DNA of 64,000 nucleotides from Paraphysomonas bandaiensis (lineage: Eukaryota > Protista > Chrysophyceae), in NCBI GenBank assembly GCA_965644295.1, contig CBFFRP010000125.1, positions 1 to 64,000 on the forward strand, in the 5' to 3' direction. Every line of letters starts with the position of its first letter. Positions within the stretch are counted from its first letter, which is position 1. The notes under the pieces were generated by a model. The model ran no database searches. It saw nothing but the letters and a program-made list of their open reading frames with translations, and was not told where the DNA came from. A program made the position numbers and the translations under genes. Positions 10,595 through 23,873 of this stretch are shown piece by piece.

Positions 10595-13500
10595 ATGACC
10601 TCATCCTCTCCCCCCCCCTCCACCCTTGAGAAACAAATTCAAGAAGCTCGTCATCGTGCTGAAGATTTCACAAGATCTCTATTAACTATACGTCAATTAG
10701 AAACTGAATCTATGAGATCAGTAGAAGACGATAGAAGAAGATGGAAAGAGTCATATGAAGACAAAGCGATGATGATTGAACAGTTACAGAAGGATCTTAC
10801 ATCTACAGTGGATAAGATGTGTGTGGGAAGGAGTGAACAGATGATTGATAGCACTGTGTATACGGGGACTACATATAGAGATATACGTACTGATGATACA
10901 TCTCGTAAGGATGCCTATAGAGGCAAGTATACTGATGATGATTGTCATAAGGATGTCTATAGAGGCAAGTATACTGATGATGATGGTCATAAGGATGCTT
11001 ATAGAGGCAAGTATGTTGATGATGATGGTCATAAGGATGCCTATAGAGGCAAGTATGCTGATGATGAAGGTCATAAGGATGCCTATAGAGGCAAGTATAC
11101 TGATGATGATGGTCATAAGGATGCCTATAGAGGCAAGTATGTTGATGATGAAGGTCATAAGGATGCCTATAGAGGCAAGTATGTTGATGATGAAGGTCAT
11201 AAGGATGCCTATAGAGGCAAGTATGCTGATGATGAAGGTCATAAGGATGCCTATAGAGGCAAGTATGCTGATGATGAAGGTCATAAGGATGCCTATAGAG
11301 GCAAGTATGCTGATGATGAGTGTACTGAGGATAAGGGCACTGGTAAATATGCTGGCAATACTGCCCCTTCCTCTGGAGGTGGGAGTCTTATTGGTAAACA
11401 TGATTGGAATGGATATGCTGGTGATAGCAGTATGGGGAGCCATAAAGGTGACAGCCAATATCACTCCAGCAATTCCCGAAATGGATCCAGTAATCATACT
11501 GAGGATGAAGGCACTAATTACTCCAGAAGTAGCTCAGAGTTCCGTTATGGTAGAAACGAACAGGAATACTCCAGTTTTGAGAATAGCGTCAACTACACGG
11601 CTATGTACCATGCCGCGGCATCAGAGATTGCAGATTTAAAGCACAAATTGGCCGACATAGAAATCGAGCACCGAAGTGAGGTATTAGGCCTTAAGCAAGA
11701 GCTTGAGAATGTGCGAAATGAACTGAGGGATTTGGAGGGAAAGTTGCAATTCCGCACTAAACAGGTTTGTGCATTTGCCTATGCGATCGGAATATCTTTA
11801 TCTATACCATAATGTCAGTTAATTTTATGTGGAAATGAACTCATGTCTGGATATTCTATTTTACACAGATCCGTCAGTTGGAAGTCGAGCGGGAAGCGAG
11901 AGATAAAATAGAATCTGATCTTCGCCATCAAGTGCGACAGCTGGAGAGTATCAGGATGTCTCTTGAAATCGATTATCGGATGCACAAAGCTAGTGTAAAT
12001 GAGAGTTCAAGCACCCTTAAGCTGGAGGTGACGGAATTGGAAAAGAACAATAAAGAGCTGTCTCTCAAAAATGAGAGCTTAGAGAATCAGGTGTCCACCC
12101 TCAAAGAGGAGCGGGATCGTTTGAGTCGTCTTGTCGAGGAAAGTGTACGGAGTAGTGAGCCAACCCACGAGTACTCGAAGAGAGAAACCTTAAATTCTCC
12201 AACAGAGAACGTTTCTACTTGCACCACTGGTGAATTTGCTGAGGTAATACTTGCTAATACTTCCTGGCTGTCATTGAAATTCTGTACGTGCTTCAATGAT
12301 TGTAACAATATTTTTCATGCTAATAATTGTGACGGAACTGTGTGAAGGGCTCTGTGGCCGAAGCACCAAAACCTGAAGAGGATAGCGTGGCAGCAATGTA
12401 TCATGATGTGGAGGTGGCGGACAGTGAAGCGGTATTAAGTGCTAGCAACGCGTTGGAGCGTGACAGTGGCAGTGATCATATCACAGATGATACGCACACT
12501 ACCAATGCTGTAACTGTTTTCAATGAAGATGAGGAGGGCTCCCTACCCCCACCACCCCCGACTTCTTCCAATATACAAGTAGGATCAGTGTCAGATCCGA
12601 TGGCGATAGGCACGGCCACCCATTCGATTCTGGATATGCAGGCCTTTAGCCCACCTAGGATATTGCTACAACACCATAGGACTACCGCAGATTCCCAAGA
12701 CACAAATGATATACCCTCCCATTTAAGCAAACCTATTGATATCAATAGCGAAATGAAGGTTATGTCTTTCGAAGCCGAGATTGGCCTTGATGATGCGAGT
12801 GGGGTTTTGGAAGACAATGAGAATGACATACGACTCCACAGTCCTGAGAGGCACTCCTCTGGTTCTCCCTTGTCAGAGCAACGTAGCAGCAATAGCATTT
12901 CTGGAACCAGATCTATCCAGGTTTGTCGATGATGTCTTGAAGGAGTTGCACTATTTATCAACTGTATAGTGTTTAGAAGTGATTTTATGGCATATACCTA
13001 CCGTAGTATTATGTTTCTGGTGCCTAGTCACAGTGTAATTTTGTATATCAAATTGTAGATAAGAGTGCCTTCAAGTAAACATCACGCTCCAAAACTTCGT
13101 CATGGGAATACTGCGCATGGCGCACCCAGACGAGTATACGATGTCGTGGGATACGAGGCGGTTGCAGTTTCCCTCCCTTCTCCTGTTACTCAAAATTCCA
13201 GCACCCGGCGTACGAAGCCCACTACTGGACGCAATGTCAGTACGAAAGAAGGAAATCGAAAGAATCCTTCCCGGGAGAGGCCCCCTGATGCAAGACAAAA
13301 AGCTACAGCGGCTACTGGAAAGACTACATCAATTCGTGTGCGAGGAGTAGAGTCAAATAAGCATGTCGGCAAACCGAGTGGTAAACCTAGAGGACTTACA
13401 GCGCAAGTTGACCGCAGACCTTCATCTGGTGGGAGTATACGTAGCTCTACCCCCCCTGCTCGCAACATCGATCGTTCATCGACAGCGAAAACCACTCGCC

Positions 13501-13748
13501 CTCGTAGTGCTTCTGCGGTGCATTCTCGCCCTCAAACGAGTAGAATGCCTGTCACACGATCACCCACACCCACAAGAACTCCGATTTCGCGTCCGCATCA
13601 AAAACAGAACAAATCAAGTCAATCAGGTGTACAGAGCAAACCACGAATACCTACTGTTAGAAAATCAGTTCGCGGAGAAAAGAATTCTCGCAGACATGAG
13701 GAGGTTTCCCTTTCTCTGAATTCAGCTGATATTCCCGTTTGGAAGTAG
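10595..13748 (+). CDS. Uncharacterised coiled-coil protein with 14-aa repeats and a basic S/R/P-rich tail (about 4 exons)
   Basis: ATG at 10595 (MTSSSPPP). Successive open frames 10595-11764, about 11869-12243, about 12348-12920 and about 13060-13748 are joined by GT-AG introns; coiled-coil heptads are present. Confidence 0.75.
10907..11326 (+). repeat. Coding minisatellite, 10 x 42 bp (KDAYRGKYxDDxGH)
   Basis: Unit aaggatgcctatagaggcaagtat(g/a)(c/t)tgatgatgaaggtcat repeated head to tail. Confidence 0.97.
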
Positions 13749-14840
13749 CTTAATTTCCAATACATGATGCTGTGTAGGTATTATTTTTGCTGTAAGTGGC
13801 ACTGGGAGATGTAGCTGCCCCATGGCTGTACTGTCACTGTCTATATGTTTTATTTTGATAATTGGTGTGGATAAGTTAATGTACTACTTTGTATATTCCG
13901 AAAGCGCATATGCTGTTACAATAATAAATATCTATACCGTAAATGTATACGTGAAGACCATTCTATTTTAGTGATTGTTTATGTCTTATACGCCACTAAG
14001 CAACTCATAACCAATGGGAAATATTCAACTGCTCCTACACACGTCACACGTTTCGTAGCTACAGAGTCATATGTTTATTACATGATACACTACATACATG
14101 CATGCATTGCAGTAATGATCTTGTTTCCATTGCAAATCTGCAACAGAACCTACAATAAGAGATACCACCTGTCCACCTGTGTATGTGTTTCGACCCGTGA
14201 GAAAAACGAGCCAGTCGATGAAGTGATATATCCAGCCCATGTCTTTTTTTTATTCCATCTACACAACCAGCGGATAAAATAGCTGATGATTATTGCTCAA
14301 TGCAACAGCAATAATACTAATATAATTGAATAGATACTATTGTATCCATCACTGTGGGAGCACTGTACAACCAGAAGTTGTATCTGCGGCAAAAAAACAA
14401 CACTAGAGCTATCACTGATTCAAATGAAAATGAAGAACACAAACAATTGTTCTATCTGAATGCACCGAAAGGTTTCGAATGTGCGTTGAGATCATCGACT
14501 CGATGAAATCATTGCACTCCAAGCCTCATATGAACCTCACTTGTCTAGATTACCGATAGCAGAGATCATAAACTCTCCCGCTGGTTCCTGATAATGAAAG
14601 TGAAAACAAGAAAGTTTGATCTGAAGGAAAGATCATAGTATTGATAAGCATATAAGCAACTCAAAATCATCACGCCGTGGGGGACTCTTCATTACAGAGT
14701 GCATAGAAAACACTGCTACAGATCGACAGACATATGGGTCAGAATGGAGAATGATAGTACACTACAACACCATTATTCTTGCGAACATATCATATCAATC
14801 CCCTTCCATAAGCATGTATATCATATGAATCTTCTGCTAC

Positions 14841-15554
14841 TGTATGTATGTATGTATGTATGTATGTATGTATGTATGTATGTATGTATGTATGTATGTA
14901 TGTATGTATGTATGTATGTATGTATGTATGTATGTATGTATGTATGTATGTATGTATGTATGTATGTATGTATGTATGTATGTATGTATGTATGTATGTA
15001 TGTATGTATGTATGTATGTATGTATGTATGTATGTATGTATGTATGTATGTATGTATGTATGTATGTATGAATGTATGTATGCATGTATGTATGTATGTA
15101 TGTATGTATGTATGTATGTATGTATGTATGTATGTATGTATGTATGTATGTATGTATGTATGTATGTATGTATGTATGTATGTATGTATGTATGTATGTA
15201 TGTATGTGTGTATGTATGTACGTATGTATGTATGTATGTATGTATGTATGTATGTATGTATGTATGTATGTATGTATGTATGTATGTATGTATGTATGTA
15301 TGTATGTATGTATGTATGTATGTATGTATGTATGTATGTATGTATGTATGTATGTATGTATGTATGTATGTATGTATGTATGTATGTATGTATGTATGTA
15401 TGTATGTATGTATGTATGTATGTATGTATGTATGTATGTATGTATGTATGTATGTATGTATGTATGTATGAATGTATGTATGTATGTATGTATGTATGTA
15501 TGTATGTATGTATGTATGTATGTATGTATGTATGTATGTATGTATGTATGTATA
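14841..15554. repeat. (TATG)n microsatellite
   Basis: Directly visible array of about 710 bp. Confidence 0.99.
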
Positions 15555-15621
15555 CAGTTTAAATTATTGGGAGTGGTAACAATTAGATTATATTGCAGCT
15601 TACCACTTTACACTTTCAACA

Positions 15622-17817
15622 ATGTTGTGGCTAGCTGCTGTGTTTCTTCTATTGTCCCATGTGTCCGGCATGGCCACTGATTATGCAGTAGTTGTAGACG
15701 CAGGGTCTACTGGATCAAGAGGGTACATACATACATACATATATGTGAATATCTCATATACTAATTCTTAATATAGATTCATATTTATGTTCTATGAAGA
15801 AGATGGTCGTGATAAAATACACGTAACATCTGGCTTAAAAATTAAGCCTGGATTATCTCGTTTTGCTAATAGCACAGATCAAGTGGGGGCTTATATGTCT
15901 CCTGTGTTAGCAGATGCTGCAAAGCACATCCCTGAAGGTATGTCAGGTGATGGGATTTGTATGTTTTTAATATTTTTGTTGCAGAGTTTCATAGTAAAGC
16001 TCATGTATTCGTACTCGGAACTGCTGGTGAGGGCACGTCTATTCGCATTGTTTCATATTGTGGCGTGAGGGGTGATAACAACAATAGCCCGATATGCCAA
16101 TATTAGTCTCCAGTTAATGTGTTTGATTTGGTTAATTTTCTTGTGCAGGTATGAGACTTCTTTCTGAGGATGAACAGAGCTCCATCTATGATGCACTTGC
16201 ATCTGATGAGGCCATTAAGGCTCTACCTCTCTCGGTTCCTAGAAAGAACATGTGGACGATCAGCGGCAAGCATGAGGCATACTACGCAGTCGTGGCGGCA
16301 AATTTTGTGGCGGGAAAAATTGATATTGACTTAATGTAATAATGACACATTGTCGCTGTGTGGGCATGTGTTACTGGTGTCTGTAAATAACTGCTGGTGT
16401 TGTGATTCGTGAAGTTATAGTCTTCGTGTACTTCCTCGTAACATACATCTGTATAGTGCCAATGGAGAAGACATGGTTGGCGCTCTGGACATGGGTGGGT
16501 CCTCGACACAGCTTATATTCCACACAGGGACAAAGGAGGGTGAGCCTTTGCACCCGGACCATTTCTGGTACGATTGTATTATCTTTTTTCACATTGTCAG
16601 TGAACTTACCATATGCATGTATGTAGGTCTCACTCATGGCTTTCATACGGAGCTGACAAGGTACAGGAGAGAGTATGGGACCACTTTGCACAGAAGCACG
16701 TTACAAGAATGCAGGAAGCTGGACTTCAGATTGACTCTGAGCCCATAGTTAATGACTGTGTCTTTAAGGGCCACGTAGGAGAGTATAACCTTTCTACTTC
16801 GCCTGATACTTCCATGACGCTTAAGATGACCGGATCGGGTGATGCGATGGCATGTCGGGAAAACATTAGGGAAGTATTGTGGCCAAATGGCTGTTCTCCA
16901 GATGGGCCGTGCAGTCTAGATAACATTGAACACCCTCCTGTTGACGGACTTTTTTTCGGAATGGTCTTGCTTATGCGCTTGTGTCTTACTACCTGTAACT
17001 TTGTTTTGTAGTCGCTGTATTACTTTGCTTTGGACTGTGTTAGGCATCTTGGACTTGCTGAATTGCCCAACTGGTAGTATTACATGTTATGTGCTAAGTT
17101 CTCGTGACATATATTCGTCAATTTCATCAATGTCAAGATTTGTAGCCATGACTTCTAATCGTATAAAATTTTGTATGTGGATAATGTATGATGCTCGTTA
17201 TTCTCATATCAGGCCCAACTCCAGTGTGGATGAGCTTGAGGAGGCAGCACTGTCATTCTGTGGGACTGATTGGGATAGAGTCGTTAAGCTGCACGCGGAG
17301 ACCCAGCACCCACAGACGAGTAACCGCAAGCTTCCGTATAGATGTGTGGAGGCACTATATATCACGACGTTGCTGGAAGATGGTTTTGGGTTCAGGGGAT
17401 CTCACAGAGGAATCACCATGGCGCTGGAGGTATGTATTAATTTAATGTATTGCTGTTATTGCACTTCGTTGGTATTTTACTGTTTGTTCTTGCTACTTTC
17501 GTTAGGTGGAGGGGACAGAAGTAGAGTGGACACTTGGGTTCGCTCTTGCTGAGGAGTGTGCACTCACACGAAAGAAGTCTGTAGAAGATCTTGGATCTAA
17601 TAATATTGCCAGCGGATTTGTTGGGGGTATGAGAGGAAAGACTATAGCGGCGGCTATGAATAGGATGCAGCTAGCATCTAGAAAAATATCAGGTGCAGTT
17701 GATCGAGCCATTGTCACGCCAATTCGAAATGTTTTAAAGAGATTTGCGTTATTTCTATGCACAATGAAGGAAAGAATTATAGGGGTTCTGCAGAAGCTAA
17801 AGAGAAAGCAATCGTAA
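15622..17817 (+). CDS. GDA1/CD39-family apyrase (NTPDase) with signal peptide, multi-exon
   Basis: Signal peptide MLWLAAVFLLL; apyrase conserved regions VVDAGSTGSR, GTAG-MRLL, ISGKHEAYY, GALDMGGSSTQ and EWTLG. Confidence 0.93.
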
Positions 17818-18189
17818 ATAGTATTTTCTAGCTTTAAATTAGCTGTGGTAGAAGTAGAGTGTTGCCTTTTTCAGTATAGTCATCACTGTATTGTGGTTGG
17901 TATTATAAGAAATAAGAGTGTATGATCTGGTCAGTGATTAGTACCATCTAAGCGTTACTTCTACGACTTTCTTATTGTAGACTAACACTTGACAAGCAGT
18001 ACGCAATGCCCATTCATTTATTGTAAGAGGAGGTAAGGAATCGGAACAACCCGTAACATAAAAGGGATTGTTATATATTATCCACACCATACTATCACAC
18101 AAGTGCATATGCCAATTCACAAGCTACATTCAACAAAAAATACACCCATCCGATGCAAGATGAAGTTGAATGCATATAGAGACTAACGC

Positions 18190-18896
18190 TTATCGGCCCA
18201 TGCCATATTGCACGGTGCCCCCACCCATAATGAATGTATGAGCAACCGGGTGGTCAATAACAACCTTTACGTAGTCGGCATAATGAATTTGTGCAGATGG
18301 ACTTTTATCCTCGTGCGTGTCAAAAATGTCACTAACCTAAAACAAAGAATAACCTAATGTATAAGCAAAATATACGAATGACTCACCAGATTCTGTATTT
18401 GCTCTTCAGTCATGACGGGATCTCCAAAGTATCTATACGAAACATCGTTATAATACAACTACTATGCACTTCTACACTCTTACGATGCCACACGGTTAAT
18501 ATTGCTCAACACGTTCACCATCTCAATTGCTTTGATCTTTCCACTTCCCTCCAAATCATATAATCTGAAAGCAAAATCCAATTTATCAGCTGGTGTTCCT
18601 GATATTAAAGGTGCAATCCCCACAATAAAATCTCTGTAGTTAATGACATCATCACCCGTCTTATCAAACATTGTGAATAATTTATCCAAAATATCTGAAT
18701 CATTTTGATTAATACCAATCACATGAATAGCTTCAGCAAATTCAGTTCTATTAACTGATGTTGGACTGCCTTCTCTTGTAGCAATTTCACGTAATTTACT
18801 TTGTAAACTTGCTAGCTCACGTTTTTCAAGATGAGTGACATTTGACATGGCAGCAATAGCCATACGGTTAGCACCTTTTCCTACTTGGTTTCCCAT
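18190..18896 (-). CDS. N-myristoylated EF-hand calcium sensor (calcineurin B / CBL / NCS-like)
   Basis: MGNQ start; EF-hands FDKTGDDVINYRDF and FAFRLYDLEGSGKI; further exons YFGDPVMTEEQIQNL and ...HPVAHTFIMGGGTVQYGMGR*. Confidence 0.88.
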
Positions 18897-20355
18897 TGTA
18901 TGTTAGTGAGATGAGTGGTTTGATGGTATGTGTGTATCTCGTTAATGTTACGGTTATAGATGTCTATACTACATGCTTCCACATACATACATACATACAT
19001 ACATACACACATACAGCAGTCCACTATACATACATATACATACACACATACACGTAACTCTAGAGTGTTATGGGTATGATAATACAGTGTTGTATTCTGT
19101 ACCGTTTCTCTTTTCTTCCATAAAACTTCGTTACAAAAAATCTATAGAATACACTGTGTATTATGTTACAGTATTACAAAATAAGGGAATTTTCATGGAC
19201 ATTATAAATATATTCGGATTTTTCCTGAAAAAGTATGCTTTTATTATAGACATGTGGATACTTCCTTAAGATACCAGGATACGACTTGGATATTTATGCA
19301 TCACTTGCACTTAAAATACAAATCAATATCAATATAACATGCTGATGCTATAGATTATTGTATGCAATGAACATCCTCATACCTCTTGATGAAGTGTGTT
19401 TTGAAAGGCATACTCAGCGGGATAAATTTCTTTGAAGCTTATAGTCAGAGTCGTCGAGATATGATGCATAGCTGTGGCTTAGATCAAGCAACATCATAGA
19501 GTAAATTTTAGCCCAAAGATATAAATATGCTTACGGTTTGGAACGAAATTTGCTACAAGTGCTTTGAACCTCTGCACTCCAAAGTGAGTAGTACCTTAGA
19601 AGATAGTAAGCGTCTTGCTTAGCTGCTAAGATATTTCGCTGTCTAAACTGTACTTTTCTTAACTTCTTTTCTCATTTCACAATCAAAAACGTTTTTTCAA
19701 TGTAACTGTAGTCTTAGTTAAACTGGTCTCCCACTGGAGCTTTCGATACATACCACGAACAGCACTCCTTGCTTGTGCAAATACGCATATACTATGATGT
19801 AATGATAAATGATATATTATTTCCTAATATTACATACGAATGTAGGCCGTGTATTGTATACTCATAGGTGGCAAAGTATCAAATAGAAATAGCCGATAAT
19901 AAGATGCTAATTTCTTTACTTGAGAAGCGTGGTAAAGATTCGTAGTCATTCATTGTACTGGTACGGACGAGAAGCCTATGGAACTATACGAGGTAGCTAG
20001 GACCAATGCAGTCAATTGGCATGTATATGATACATGATCTATCTGGGGACACAGCCCATGAATATCAAGTAGACATGTGCCTCCAACTATTACACGGGTA
20101 TTCAATAGTGCAATAGATAGTGCTACAGGAGATGAGGAAAGTAACATCTCATATGACATAGTACAGTTGGCACTCGAAAATAATCCAGGCTTACATATAT
20201 AGCAATACTTCTCATTGTTATAATAATTATACCAACTTCGAAATTGCTCCTGTAGTATGAGTATCACTAATGACGAAACGTAACATCTTTAGAAGAATAT
20301 GGATATATCACTATACAATGAAATTCCAAATAGTAAAAAAGTCATGTGAAGAGCA

Positions 20356-21618
20356 TTACGCCAATTCAACTCCAAGAGCATAGCTACTCCCAAAGAGAAT
20401 TCCGCTATAAAGCGAGTCAGTAACAGGTACAATAGAAATATTCCTCTTACCAGGTGCCGCAGACCTTCACAGGGTCATCCTCACCATCACATGCATCTCC
20501 ATCGTGTGGGGTAATATCCATTCCACAGTTCTATTATACACCAAGGCATCAGTAAATAATAATGTTCAATTTATATCCTTGAGATTACCTCGTCGTCATC
20601 GTCGCTGCGCTTGATACGAATGTATCCCTTCTCTCCCCAGGAAGCCGACCAGCTGTTGCGGACAAGCCAATATTTCTCACCATTCTCCTCGCCGTATCCA
20701 ACAAGGGTGACGGCGTGGTTAATGTTAGGCTGCTCCTGGTTGCATCCATCGAAAATGCCTGACTCGTAAGAGTGGAAGGTATCCGCATCTACAGAAATGG
20801 AAATTGGTCCAACCTGTGCTACACTGTTCATTAGAGCAGTGTAGTTATTGGTAGGAAGGTGGGTGTAGCCGGTGATAGTGGCTTTAGGAATCATCTCCGT
20901 TGTTACTCCGCATTCGGAATTCGCACCATAGTATCCTCCATAACCCAGCTGATACTCCTCCATGACCCCACTCTCAACAAGGTAATCAAATGCGATTTCG
21001 CTGGTGGCCCCGTCACAGCCTCCCGCACCACCACAGTGATCGGGGTTAGGGGAGCACATAGCGATCTGCTGAGGCGAGAAATCAAACAACAGGCCAGTTT
21101 CCAGGGCAACCTGACTCTCCAACACAGCTGCGGTGGCAAAAGCCCAGCAAGAACCACCTATGACGGAAAAAAATTAGTACAAATTCTGATAGCACGTCAG
21201 AATTCTTACAGTGTCCCTGGTCCTTCACACTGGTGACCACATTCGGTTCATGCTTGCGCCAGTCCACCTCTTTAGGAAGCTCAGACACAGGAAGTAGATC
21301 CAAATCAAAGGGCTGTTCATATTTAGGGGTATGACCAGCAGCAGCATGTTTGTTTCTACCCATTCGTGACTGCTTCTCAGCCTTTGTATATGCCGAGTAA
21401 CGGTTGATAGATTCCTTCCAGGACTTAGTCATAGCATTATGAGATCTCACACGAGCTAATTCAGCTTCAAATATTTCTTTGCGCATCTGTAACTCATCAC
21501 CAGACCATGAGTGACGATACTCCTTCATAAAGGCTTCAAAGGAATAGTTATTGAGGTCCAAGTGACTGTGTGCGGATACCACAGCGAAGGTGGCGGCGAT
21601 AAGTGAAGCGTATATCAT
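20356..21618 (-). CDS. Papain-family (C1A) cysteine protease with I29 prodomain
   Basis: Signal peptide; VDWR..VTSVKDQGHC-GSCWAF (catalytic Cys at an exon junction), NHAVTLVGYG and YWLVRNSW. Confidence 0.95.
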
Positions 21619-21789
21619 ATTTAGTTGGTGGTATTGTATGTAACAATGAGGTTAATTATGAATGAGATGGAATGACACAACTCTCCATATACATATACCA
21701 GTATAGTCTATGCCTTGTACAGACTACACACCTCAACATAAGAAATATCGTCACCAACTTTCGTATGTATGAATATACTACGCACAGCA

Positions 21790-23668
21790 GTATGTATGTA
21801 TGTATGTATGTATGTATGTATGTATGTATGTATGTATGTATGTATGTATGTATGTATGTATGTATGTATGTATGTATGTATGTATGTATGTATGTATGTA
21901 TGTATGTATGTATGTATGTATGTATGTATGTATGTATGTATGTATGTATGTATGTATGTATGTATGTATGTATGTATGTATGTATGTATGTATGTATGTA
22001 TGTATGTATGTATGTATGTATGTATGTATGTATGTATGTATGTATGTATGTATGTATGTATGTATGTATGTATGTATGTATGTATGTATGTATGTATGTA
22101 TGTATGTATGTATGTATGTATGTATGTATGTATGTATGTATGTATGTATGTATGTATGTATGTATGTATGTATGTATGTACGTATGTATGTATGTATGTA
22201 TGTATGTATGTATGTATGTATGTATGTATGTATGTATGTATGTATGTATGTATGTATGTATGTATGTATGTATGTATGTATGTATGTATGTATGTATGTA
22301 TGTATGTATGTATGTATGTATGTATGTATGTATGTATGTATGTATGTATGTATGTATGTATGTATGTATGTATGTATGTATGTATGTATGTATGTATGTA
22401 TGTATGTATGTATGTATGTATGTATGTATGTATGTATGTATGTATGTATGTATGTATGTATGTATGTATGTATGTATGTATGTATGTATGTATGTATGTA
22501 TGTATGTATGTACGTATGTATGTATGTATGTATGTATGTATGTATGTATGTATGTATGTATGTATGTATGTATGTATGTATGTATGTATGTATGTATGTA
22601 TGTATGTATATATGTATGTATGTACGTATGTATGTATGTATGTATGTATGTATGTATGTATGTATGTATGTATGTATGTATGTATGTATGTATGTATGTA
22701 TGTATGTATGTATGTATGTATGTATGTATGTATGTATGTATGTATGTATGTATGTATGTATGTATGTATGTATGTATGTATGTATGTATGTATGTATGTA
22801 TGTATGTATGTATGTATGTATGTATGTATGTATGTATGTATGTATGTATGTATGTATGTATGTATGTATGTATGTATGTATGTATGTATGTATGTATGTA
22901 TGTATGTATGTATGTATGTATGTATGTATGTATGTATGTATGTATGTATGTATGTATGTATGTATGTATGTATGTATGTATGTATGTATGTATGTATGTA
23001 TGTATGTATGTATGTATGTATGTATGTATGTATGTATGTATGTATGTATGTATGTATGTATGTATGTATGTATGTATGTATGTATGTATGTATGTATGTA
23101 TGTATGTATGTATGTATGTATGTATGTATGTATGTATGTATGTATGTATGTATGTATGTATGTATGTATGTATGTATGTATGTATGTATGTATGTATGTA
23201 TGTATGTATGTATGTATGTATGTATGTATGTATGTATGTATGTATGTATGTATGTATGTATGTATGTATGTATGTATGTATGTATGTATGTATGTATGTA
23301 TGTATGTATGTATGTATGTATGTATGTATGTATGTATGTATGTATGTATGTATGTATGTATGTATGTATGTATGTATGTATGTATGTATGTATGTATGTA
23401 TGTATGTATGTATGTATGTATGTATGTATGTATGTATGTATGTATGTATGTATGTGTGTATGTATGTATGTATGTATGTATGTATGTATGTATGTATGTA
23501 TGTATGTATGTATGTATGTATGTATGTATGTATGTATGTATGTATGTATGTATGTATGTATGTATGTATGTATGTATGTATGTATGTATGTATGTATGTA
23601 TGTATGTATGTATGTATGTATGTATGTATGTATGTATGTATGTATGTGTGTATGTATGTATGTGTGTA
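21790..23668. repeat. (TATG)n microsatellite, about 1.9 kb
   Basis: Near-perfect tetranucleotide array with rare TACG/TGTG/TATA variants. Confidence 0.99.
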
Positions 23669-23873
23669 GTCATGTTCGTTATGTTGGAACTTGGGTCTCA
23701 TAATCGTTCCTGTCATCTTATGTATGGTGAGATAACTCCCTCTACATACATAACCATCACACCACCCCCTATCCCCCTCTCCTATCACCCCTCTATGCCC
23801 CTCTTAACCTCTCCAACCCTCTCATCTCTTCAAATATACTGAAATATATCATATTTAGTTTCATTATCTCAAC

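Noticed and set aside
10907-11326. Possible CRISPR-like array
   Set aside because: Units are head-to-tail with no unique spacers, lie in frame in a eukaryotic exon, and there are no cas genes.
10784-11639. Overlapping hydrophobic ORFs (10784..11497 -, 10845..11639 +)
   Set aside because: Alternate-frame shadows of the 42-bp repeat.
13970-14830. Possible small minus-strand gene diverging from the apyrase
   Set aside because: No coherent spliced frame or recognisable motif could be assembled by eye.
19270-20340. ORF 19950..20267 and surrounding sequence
   Set aside because: No motif, no ATG-supported structure, composition typical of intergenic DNA.
21790-23668. Interstitial telomere or centromere
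   Set aside because: The motif is not a G-rich telomeric type, and it recurs at many promoters in this window.
21656-23842. Long ORFs of (MYVC)n / (HTYI)n, also at 10.0-10.5, 14.7-15.7 and 44.5-45.0 kb
   Set aside because: TATG/CATA has no stop codon in any frame, so these are artefacts of the microsatellite.
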